From: Mytilus californianus
Taxonomy: Eukaryota
Direction of reading: 5' to 3'
Length of the DNA stretch: 64,000 bases
Assembly: GCF_021869535.1 (NCBI RefSeq)
Contig: NW_026262581.1
Location: forward strand, 48,546,001 to 48,610,000
A program made the translations under genes and the position numbers. Positions 53,438 through 64,000 of this stretch are shown here, one piece after another. Every line of letters begins with the position of its first letter. Position 1 is the stretch's first letter. The notes under the pieces are model-generated. The model saw only the letters and a list, made by a program, of their open reading frames with translations, searched no databases and was not told the origin of the DNA.

Positions 53438-54648
53438 TTATCGTGTGTATCCATTAGACGGCCTTCTTCGACAAATCATGTGACAATTAACAGTTGCACA
53501 GTATTTGTTGGTTGGACAATCTCCATCCGCAAGACACTCTTTTTTGCAACCAATTGCTCCAGTTACTACTGACTGAGAAACGACCCCTGAACCAGAAGTA
53601 CGTACTGATCCACCACGTCTTAAAGAAACTGTGTCTAATACATCAAGTCCACTTCGTCTAAGGTTGGTTGCGTCAAGAACATCAGAACCTGCATGACCAG
53701 ACATTCCACGACGTCTACCTATTGTTTCCAAATGATCATTGCTAGATAGTTCCAAATCCCTAGCCAGACCAGATGAACCAATTCTGCTGCCAGAGGATAA
53801 ATGACCATCATTACTTGAAACTCTGGTGAAACCAGATGATAAACTTCTAATTATTTCCCTTCTTATAGAGTCGGACAATCCAGATGCACCAATTATACTT
53901 CCAGAAGAAATTTCGACGCAGTAGCTGCTACATCCATTGTGAATACATTTATGTCCTGAACGACACAATTTATCTCCTCCACACCCATAATGACAGTTAC
54001 TGATACTCTCATCGTCAGAGAAAGCACGTGACATACCAGCTGAGGAGCCTCTTATGATTTCAGATACTGATGTCCTGCCTCCAACAGAACCCCCAGATAA
54101 TCTTCTACTGCCGGATGACCCACGTGTTATGAATTCGTTTCCTATTCCATGAGATGTTCCAACTGCTCCTGATCCTGCTCGTCTATTTGCATCAATAAGA
54201 TCTAGTACTGAAAGAGATCCGCTGCCACGACGCCCGTTTATAGCTCTTCCAGATGTATTTTCGACCTGTAAAATCTTCTTCACTCCATGAATGTCTACTG
54301 CATGCTTTTCTGTTGGTGAGTATGCTATAAGATTAAACATAGAATAATTTTTACAATCTTCACAGTACAAGTAATACAAAATACAATACAGGTTAACTAC
54401 TATCTTTATATCATTTTACTTTTACATTGTAATTCACAAAAAAATTGTAAATGTTGGTAATAATATTTCTTATGTACTTTAGTTATATATATTTTTTTTA
54501 ATTTTCTGCAGTAAGGTATTTATCTCAACATCGAAAATACTTTCGTTAAAACAGCCTATAAATCTCGAAAAAAAAGTAGCATTTTCTTACCGGCTACTAT
54601 CATTGTGGTCACTGCCATCGATAAGAAAATGGTCTGGAATCTCATCAT
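53438..54648 (-). CDS. G6: same family (~314 aa)
   Basis: Coding exon 2 is 54648-54591 (MMRFQTIFLSMAVTTMIVA). Exon 3 is 54324-53438 (acceptor ttatag, TAA stop). AATAAA at 53380-53385. Confidence 0.88.
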
Positions 54649-55835
54649 CTCTAAGAATTCTGAAATTAACAGGATGAACGTTGTTTCTCAGAAAATCATA
54701 ATTGACCTATTAAATACGAATCAGTTAACACAATCTTTATATTCATATTTACATGTTTTTACTATACATCTGCTAGAAACAATCTGCAGCGATATTTATA
54801 CATGTTTTGGGTATACAAAAATGACAGAATATCTTTATTCGAAGCCGAATTGTAGGATTTATTGTGCTTGCTTTCGAGCTATAAATTGTTCAAAATTGGA
54901 ATATTGTGTAAGGTTATATCTGGAAAAGCCGTTGTTATGTTAATTACAAAAACCTCACTGTCGTCAAAACTTTGAAATTTACTGATTGAAAACAGCTTTT
55001 ATAAAATTTATTCTGAAAATAGAAGACTCAATAGAAAAATATGGAAGGGGGTCTATATCTCGACTTTTATTGTTTAAAAACGGATATCTTTGAAAATTAA
55101 AACCGAAACAACAAACTCAATATGGACATTGTGACCTAAATATTTACAAGTCAGATGATCGATTCGACAATTAATGGATGTTCTGTGATTTTCAAGCCAA
55201 ACATATTTGAAAATCCACGATTTAATACCGGCCACGATGAGCTGATCATACAAAAAAAAATAGAGTATAACAACTTCTAGACAAGGAATTGGAGCAATTA
55301 ATCCTAAAATATAAATTTCAATTTATTATACAATATTAGACTCGGTTGACTTTAAAAGTTTGAAAAATATGATAAAAATAGTTTTACCAGTTAACAAATT
55401 TAAAAAGAAAAGGAATGAGGCAAAATATAAATCTCGAACTTCTATCACTTAAATTGATTTTCAATATCTCAAAAAATTAATTTGGTCTGGTTTTCATTTT
55501 CGATAGATTTTAAAAGGCAGTAAAAATAAGATGTGTTGCTAAAATATAGTTTGAAGCATTTTATGGTTATAATACTTTTTTCTTACTATTCTATTACAGA
55601 AATGTAAACAATGCACAACTTTCACTATACTATTCTTTATAAAAGTAAATTGAACTGTTTCGTTCTGCCAAGGGAGCAAATGCTTCTCTAGAAGTATCGA
55701 ATTATCCTAATGCTTTAAACTTAATAAATTCTAATTCTATAATGATTTATTTCCTACTATCTTTGTCACTATTGTATTATTGTTTTGTTTATTTATCATA
55801 TTTATTCATAATTAATTGTTACCTATAAGCCTTAC

Positions 55836-55904
55836 CTTTCTTTGAAGTTATTCGAAGGATTTCTTGTGAATACTGTTTCACTGCTTCAAAATCGTTCTTT
55901 TATA
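55836..55904 (-). promoter_or_regulatory. G6 TATA box and non-coding exon 1
   Basis: TATAAAAG 55897-55904, CAGT at 55874, donor GTAAG after 55836. Confidence 0.75.
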
Positions 55905-58900
55905 CCGTATCAAATATTTTGTTTATGATTGACATGCACACAAGAACATTTGTAACGAAACCGCAAATGATGAATTCGTTAATTATAGTTAAAAACTTTA
56001 AATGTCACGACGATGTCGTAGTACTACGAAATTACGGAGTATGCATATATCAGGATATGTACTAAGGTTCAATAACACATTTTGTTTCCTCCTACAACAA
56101 ACATATTTTTCATGACATCATAAACTTTAATGTCACCATGTCTTATTTCTATGAAATTGTGGATTATGTTTATTTTTTAAAATGTACTAAAGGTGAAAAA
56201 ATGTCCTACAACAGACATATTTGTCATTATGTAATAATACATGTAGTTATTACGAAATATCGTTTTGACTTTTTTGACAAATCTGGTTAAATATGCACGT
56301 TATTAATTTCGTTGTAATCAGAGACTTGTACTGTTGTAATAATAACTAACATAAAGCCTTTTATTTCCTCATGGTATGGACGTTATTCTTTAATAATTGA
56401 TTTGCTTGAAACCCATTGCTTGGTATTCTATTCAAATGCTGGGCAGGCCTAAATCGGGGATTTCGATGAAAAGATGACGGGAATGTTGTTACGACAATTG
56501 GTACACATCTGTAGTCATCTGAGAAACAGATAAAAATAAAACTTTATTCAAAATGAATAGTAAAAACAGTTTCTTAAATTACATTTAACGTAGTTGGAAA
56601 ATGTTTATATTTCTATTTAAAATCAGTCACCATTAGTTATAGGAAATCAAAATTGTTTTGAACGTGGGAACAACTAAAAAAAATTGTACTTCAAATAATA
56701 AAAAAATGAAATAAAACTATCGACTTTTTTTGCGTCCGAAGCGTTTTTATGAATTAAAATCAATCAGGATCGCTCAAAGCCAAAAGCCAGAATTTTAAAG
56801 AAGGATGTATAAATTCCGAACCTGGCTTATGAAGAGCTATACGACAAAATGGATCTAAAAGTGATATCCAAATCCTTCTAAGGTAAACTTTACTTGAAGA
56901 GTTTGAATCTTAGTTTCTTCATTGTCTTGAATGTATCAACAGAGAATTTATTAAAGATTTGTTATAAATCATGTCAGTACCGAAGTATTACAGAACTGAT
57001 AATGCCCTCTTGGACTACAATGACAACAGTTGTAGTATTGACCCAATGCTTGCAAAATGAAAATAACACTATCAATTTTTTGAGTCCAAACCGCTTTTCT
57101 AGATGGCATATGTTCTATATAAACTCAAATTTCAAATAACAAATATCTATAACACTATTCATGTATCTCTTTATATAGCAACGCTGGTGAAAAATCTTTA
57201 GACCTGGCTTGATTAAAATATTTTGTACTTCAAATTACTGTATTGAACATCTTCCTTTTCAGGCAATGGTCTAATTTGCATTGATCAGAAAAGAGGTTCA
57301 GAATTACAAGAATTGCATACACAAAACTTTGGCATAAAAGATTTACAGTTAATTCCCCCTTTTCAATGTTTCTTTAAAAGAAATTTCAAATTCATATGTA
57401 TATAAACGTAGATAAAACAATGAAATCAGTTAATTGTTTTATTTCAATTCTTGGAAGTGTTATTAGAAAAGAAAGAATAGGATTGACCTCTTGAAGACTG
57501 ATATTTTTTTTATCATTTCGGCTGTTTTATATGATAAATATTTTCAGCGTTTTCAAAATAATTAACCTCTCCCTATTTTAATATGCCTTTACCAATCATA
57601 TGGAAACCAACTTCTCTTCTTGCACAGTTGTTTCTTTAGTCATTTACGCCAGACTCCATACAGTACGTAGTTTAGAAAGAAAATGGAAAGAAGCCAAAGA
57701 TATCATTTATTTTCACAAATCGCTGTATAAGTGATGACCTCTCGCTCAATAATTGATTTCATAGTTTTCTGAACTGTTTTTGTGCTTTCTTCGATTTTTA
57801 TTTTTTTGCCATGATTTTGTTAGTTTTTCGTTTCCCCTATGGTATCTTCTGCATCTGCATCTTTTTGATTACTTCACACTGGGAACTGATTACTTTGAAT
57901 AGTTACTTGAAATATTGTGTATGATTATGGCAGCCATAACGCGCATCTTACCAACTTCTACGACTAACACAATATGCTGCATTGATGGTTTGATACTACT
58001 CAGTAAAAGGTAGATAACAGGAGGAGAACTCAAATTAATAAATTTTTTTTAGATCTGAATTCCTATCAGCATAATTCAAGAAAAAAATATGAAATGAAGC
58101 AAACTACCTTTTCACTAGTATATAATTTTTCAGGTGATATATGAGATATGAATATTCACTTAAATATAAAAGAAAATGCCAAGGATTTGACATAGAAATC
58201 GGCAGATTTTGTAATATGTATTTTTTTTATACTAATATACATGCTTATATACATGAGGGCAAGAACAAAGTGGCAACAGTTTCAGTTTCTTACTGGCCAA
58301 TATAATTCTTTTATCATATTTTGATATGCATATATTTTTTTCATTTTAAATGTTTCTATGTCAACTGAGTTTGAAAAAGATTGAAATGGTTCCGATTAAT
58401 ACATCTTTGATTTAAGGGTTGTTGTAATTGGGAACAGTAGCAAAATTATAAGAAAAGGAACTCAGGAAAACAGGTTGAAAATCAAGAGCTGTTCTCTATT
58501 TGTTATCCTTTTTTCCCAAACAAAAATGAATTTCCCCTTAATTTATGTATTGAGTTAGCTATTCGTCGGTGACTAATACGGCGATTCTTATTTACCAAAA
58601 TTATCAGTCCTTTGGCTTCGGTTTGACCATTCATAGCATTGGAAACAGATACTGTAGGGAAAGCTGAGCTAATATGAATTAAACGGTTTTATAGATAACA
58701 GTTTGCTCAAGTGTTGCGTTTGAAAAGACATGGCTTAAAGGAAAGCGGTGCTTTAGTTTAAAAAATATTACACTGTGTAAATTAGGTACAGGCATGTAAA
58801 CATGATATCGGATATATCGGTTTTTTTTTACAAAAATGACGTAAAAACCCGAAAAATATACCAGGTTAGTGATTTTGCACACCAGATTCGTGTTTCGTCT

Positions 58901-59945
58901 GCAAGAGACTCATCGGTATCGCTCAAACATTTGACAAAACTAAATACGCAGTTCAAGAGCTTTTTATACTAAATATTTTGAATGTTTGTGCCAAATTATG
59001 GCCATCTATACCCGCTGGTAGAAAGCCCTAAGTGTTTCGAATATTTGGCTGATAATACCTTCGGGGAAGAAAAGTCCACCAGCATTTGCATCGACCCAGT
59101 GGCTGTAAAAACTCATCAAAGATACAAAGATTGTAAACTTGTAAGCAAGACGTGCATTTTGTTTGCAAAGACTCACTTTCCCATCAGGCATTTCGACAAA
59201 AACAATTAAGAAGAGGCAACTAAACATTATCATATTACAAGTACTTAGAAATGGAAAAGTATTATGAATAGGAAAAATTATGATTTCGAACTACTAAAAA
59301 ATCAGGAATTATTACGAGGTTTTTATCAATGCGAATAATGAGACTGGGTGATTATCGCAATAATAAGAACTCGCACTTATATATCTGATACATATATATG
59401 TTTTTCTAAAAAACGCAATAATTATTTTCGCATTTTGTCCATTTTTCAAATATCGCATTAATAAATGCACGCAATAATTTATGGATTTGCAGTGATCTAA
59501 GGATGTTTTTAACCATGTGCAGTACCAAATGTATGTTTTAGTGTGGCCTTACAAACTTTATGACACAGATGTAGTGCACACGAAATTAGTATATTGTTTT
59601 GATTGTACTACCACTTAAGTTGTAAAGCTAAAAGCTGCTTCGGGTAAAGAATTGTTCGTCTCTCTGTGCAATTTCTTGTTTATAAAGTGCTATTTTAATT
59701 TTTTGTTTTTGAACATTGTTTGTTTTGTTTGTATCCATTTCATTGATTGCCTCGGCATGTCTGTATTTCTTCGTTTTTGATACCTTTTCCTGTCATCTAT
59801 CGTATTGTTACGTTTGATTGGCCGTGGATATAAAAAAAGTCCTTCTTGACACATTTACGGTGCAGGCCGTTGTTACATTCTGAAAAGTTTAAAAGTGATC
59901 GATGTACACAACAACAATGGTTAAACACATCAATTTGTTATGTTT

Positions 59946-60643
59946 TAAATAAAGGCAACAGTAGTATACCGCTGTTCGAAATTCATAAATCGATCGAGAA
60001 AAAAACAAATCCGGGTTACAAACTAAAATTGAGGGAAACACATCAAATATAAGAGAACTACGAAACAACAGAAACACAACATTAAAATGTAACACACACA
60101 GAAACAAACTATAATATAACAATGGCCATTTTCCTGACTTGGTACAGGACATTTTAAGAAAAAAATTGTGGGTTGAACCTGGTTTTGTGGCTAGCCAAAC
60201 CTCCCGCTTTTATGGCAATGTTAAATATAACATTAAAATGACAACATAACATGACAGGCCTACAATACAAATAAAGGAAGAACATATAGGACAGAGAAAC
60301 ATACGAATAATAGCTAACAAAAGGTACCAGGTTAAAAATTTAATACGCAAGACGCGCGTTTCGTCCACACAAGACTAACCAGTGACGCTCAGATCAAAAA
60401 GTTCGAAAGCCAAAACAAGTACAAAGTTGAAGAGCATTGAGGACTAAAAGTTCCAAAAAGTAGTGCCAAATACGGTTAAGGTTATATGTCTGGAATAAGA
60501 AAAACCTTAGTATTTAGAATAATTCATACATTTGCAAACAATAAATTTATAAAAATGACTATATAATAGATATACATGATAACACCGAAGTCGTGACTAA
60601 CTACAGAATAAAAACGGATACATAAATCAACATAAACCAGCAC
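59946..60643 (-). mobile_element. Long family B element with a core-mutated hammerhead motif
   Basis: It has the same 3' end as the 7031 and 21711 copies, in reverse. A hammerhead-shaped motif lies at 60346-60387. The paralogous site near 51925 is empty. Confidence 0.72.
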
Positions 60644-62153
60644 ATAAGTGAGTGCTTATTAAAAAGTCGATGTTTGAAATTATTTTTTTAAAGCAACCAT
60701 TAACCATTATTTCTGTCTTTGACTACCAAACAAAGATCGGCTAATGTGCTGGCTTTCAGAAAATGCACGAACTTAAAGTATATTCTACGTAATTTCAAGG
60801 AGAATACCATTCACCTAAGGACAACGATGAAAGGTTGAGTGTTAAGACCTTTTCGAGTTTGTTGGTATTGATTGGCCACGAATTTAAGTATGAAAAAATA
60901 CAAATTTCATTTCCGCTTGTATAAAATATCTATTGTTGTTCTCATTTGAACAAAAATTTTTTTTTTTTTATATCCATAAAACCGTTTGATGATTGAGTTT
61001 TTTTTTCTCAATTATAGACTAAGCACACAATCTTCACCATACTCATTGATATAAATCGGTTGTTTTTTTTTTTTGAATACTTCAACATTAAATCTGATTT
61101 CATGTTCTACAGCGAAATAGAACAAGAATAGTCTCCTATACTATATCAATATATTAGCACAGATAAACTGTGAAGTGTTTTTTTGTCATGTTATAAAAGA
61201 CTAGCTGTATGTTTGCTTACAAATGTAATAATGGATACTCTGAAATTTTCATAAAAAAGTTTTCGGATGAGGTAAGGTAGTAATCAAATATGGAACCTCG
61301 AAGAGGGCTTCCAAAACCCTTTCAGCTGTCTATTAGATATAAAAATAAGAAGATGTTGCATGATTGCCAATGAGACAACTCACCATCAGAGACGTAATGA
61401 TGTGAAAGTTGATAACTATAGGTCAGCAAACGACCTTCAACAATGATTAATACCCATACCGCATAGTAAGCTATAAATACTTCATATATCTTTAAATATT
61501 CAGGACCGACCATATAAATGTACATATATAAATTTACAAACAAACTTAATATTTCCTGAGGTAAACTATTTTTGCTATTAAAACATATCCTTAAACTTCT
61601 TTCCGTGACATTATTCTGGTTTCATGTATACCTATTTTAATAAACAAATTTTTTGGATTATGTCATTCACTGATTCTGTTTTCTTATAGTAAATCTTTAG
61701 TTGTCCGATTTGCCTAACTTTCAGCACGTATCCAGATTTAAAAAGTTCCAAAATATTAATACTTTTAGTAGTTATTTTAGAATGCAAATAAATGTAGAAC
61801 TTTCCAAGGCATTGTGTTTGCTTTGGCAAATATAGTTTATAGATTTTGCTCTACAATTTTTCTAATTGTTTATGGTATGTATGTTTTTGTGTTAAGAGCA
61901 AATGTGTAAATGGTATTAATTGAAATCACCAAACTCTTTTTCAATTGATATCTTATTTCTCTTATCTGTATTAATATCCTTTCGTTGTTTCACTTTTTCT
62001 GAGTAGGATTGCTTTCACGCCTAAATAATCAATATTTTGTATTGTAGTATAGAAATTTATACAATAACACAAACTGAATGAAACATTTTATTTTATAAAA
62101 AAAAAAAAAAATAAGTGTTCAACGTCTGGATTTTGGTGATATTCTGTACATGT

Positions 62154-63777
62154 TCATCGTGTGTATCCATTAGACGGCCTTCTTCGACAAATCATGTGAC
62201 AATTAACAGTTGCACAGTATTTGTTCGTTGGACAATCTCCATCACGATGACACTCTTTTTTGCAACCAATTGATCCACTTACTACTGACTGAGAAACGAC
62301 CCCTGAACCAGAAGTACGTACTGATCCACCACGTCTTAATGAAACTGTGTCTAATACATCAAGTCCACTTCGTCTAAGGTTGGTTGCGTCAAGAATATCA
62401 GAACCTGTATGACCAGATATTCCACGACTTCTACCTATTGTTTCCAAATGAGAATTGCTAGATAGGCCCAAATCCCTGGCCAGACCAGATGAACCAATTC
62501 TGCTGCCAGAGGATAAATGACCATCATTACTCGAAACTCTGGTCAAGCCAGATGACACACTTCTAACTATTTCCCTTCTTATAGAATCCGACAATCCAGA
62601 TGCACCAATTATACTTCCAGAAGAAATTTCGACGCAGTAGCTGCTACAACCATTGTGAATACATTTATGTCCTGAACGACATAATTTATCTCCTCCACAC
62701 CCATAATGACAGTTACTGATACTGTCATCGTCAGATAAAGCACGTGAAATACCAGCTGAGGAGCCTCTAATAATTTCAGTTACAGATGTCCTGCCTCCAA
62801 TAGAACCCCCAGACAATCCTCTACTAGCTGATGACCCGCGTGATAAAAAGTCATTGCCTATTCCATGAGATGTTCCAACTGCTCTTGATCCTGCTCGTCT
62901 GTTTGCATCAATTACATCCAGTACAGAAAGAGATCCAACACCACTACGCCCGTTTATGTCTCTCCCAACTGTGTTTTCGACCTGTAAAATCTTCTTCGCT
63001 CCATGTTTGTCTAATGCATGCTTTTCTGTTGGTGAATAGGCTGTAAGAATAAACATAGAATAGTTTTTACAATATTCACAAATCAAGTAATAAAAAATAC
63101 AATACAGGTGAATTACTATCTGCATATGAATATCAGGATATATGTAGTTATTGCAAATAAGACAACTATTCACCATACACCAAAGGATGGTGTAAACTTG
63201 TAAAACCTTCTTCACTCCATTTATATCTAATGCATGCTTTTCAATGGGTACATAGACTGTAAAATTAAATATCTCACAATTTATATAATCTTTATCAATC
63301 AAGTAATACCATTAACAATACAGGTTAACTAACATTTATATATTTATATAAGGATACTTGGTATAATTGTCAAAAAGACAATTATCCACCATAGACAAAA
63401 AGGCGAGGTTGTAAACAGTTGCAGGTACCGTTCGGTTTCAGCACTGAGCAAAACCCATACCTTATCGTTATCTATTAAAAGACCCCCATGATAAAATTAG
63501 AAACAATTCAAAACACAAAACCATTTGTTTCAAATTTGTTTCATTATAATTTACAGAATATGCAGATGTTGGTAATATGCCTTCATATAATTATGTACGA
63601 AAGTTATCTATGTTTAAGAAGATTTCGGCGATAAGAAATTTAGATTTTATCTACACATTGATAAAACTTTGTTAAACAGCTTATAAATTTTGAAATGGCA
63701 AATCAAATATCTTTCTTACCGGCTACTGTCATTGTGGTCAATGCCATCAACAAGAATATGGTCTGGAACCTCATCAT
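62154..63777 (-). CDS. G7: same family, near-identical to G5; exon 1 lies beyond the window
   Basis: Offset exactly 20564 bp from G5. Coding exon 2 is 63777-63720. Exon 3 starts at 63040 or 63256 and runs to TGA 62154-62156. AATAAA at 62087-62092. Confidence 0.85.
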
Positions 63778-64000
63778 TTCAAAGAATTCTGAAATTAACA
63801 GGATAACATCATTTCTATGAAAATAAAAATTCACACATTTAATTTTAATACGAATCATTTAATAGTAAAACTGTGTTTGATTTTTCTATACATTTGCAAG
63901 ACAGTAAAATTTTAAAAACTATACTTTTCGAGGCATATAAATTCTTTGGGAGGTATATAAAATGACAGAAGGATGATACATGAAGAAGGCATGTGACTTA

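Noticed and set aside
7141-58925. Further hammerhead-like motifs at ~7150, 11451, 16435, 26095, 29221, 39481, 45165, 56731 and 58881
   Set aside because: Each has core substitutions or truncation (e.g. AUGAUCA, CCAAUGA, CCGAUGA), so none is called as an active ribozyme.
1-64000. CRISPR arrays, tRNA/rRNA genes, prokaryotic systems
   Set aside because: None seen. The DNA is spliceosomal-intron-containing eukaryotic sequence, and the only tRNA-like stretch is a SINE head.

Overview
AT-rich eukaryotic genomic DNA. The interspersed repeats resemble those of mytilid bivalves, but that is recognition from memory and unverified. The window is a tandem array of one minus-strand gene family: G1 (pseudogene), G2, G3, G4, G5, a broken fragment (Gf), G6 and G7 (runs off the right edge), mostly 8-11 kb apart. 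The ORF track shows only exon 3. Comparing copies gives a 3-exon model: TATA box, 39-nt non-coding exon 1, exon 2 with a 58-nt signal-peptide CDS (MMRFQTIFL...) and a phase-1 donor, then an ~890-900-nt coding exon 3. The product is a secreted ~314-319 aa Ser/Gly/Arg-rich protein with two 6-Cys modules that look like WAP domains lacking the C1-C6 disulphide, plus a repeated LD..RR motif. The spacers hold Penelope-like RT relics, several 5'-truncated repeat families carrying hammerhead-ribozyme motifs (retrozyme-like), a HINE/pearl-type element, a SINE relic and fold-back elements. Main leads: (1) a sense hammerhead retrozyme inserted a few nt after the predicted TSS of the one full-length copy that is now a pseudogene; (2) chimeric G5/G7 with an in-frame, stop-free 216-nt duplication of the exon 3 acceptor region that could add a 72-aa Cys/Tyr-rich segment; (3) the protein family itself. 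All alignments were done by eye. Exon and stop coordinates were counted base by base, while repeat boundaries are approximate.
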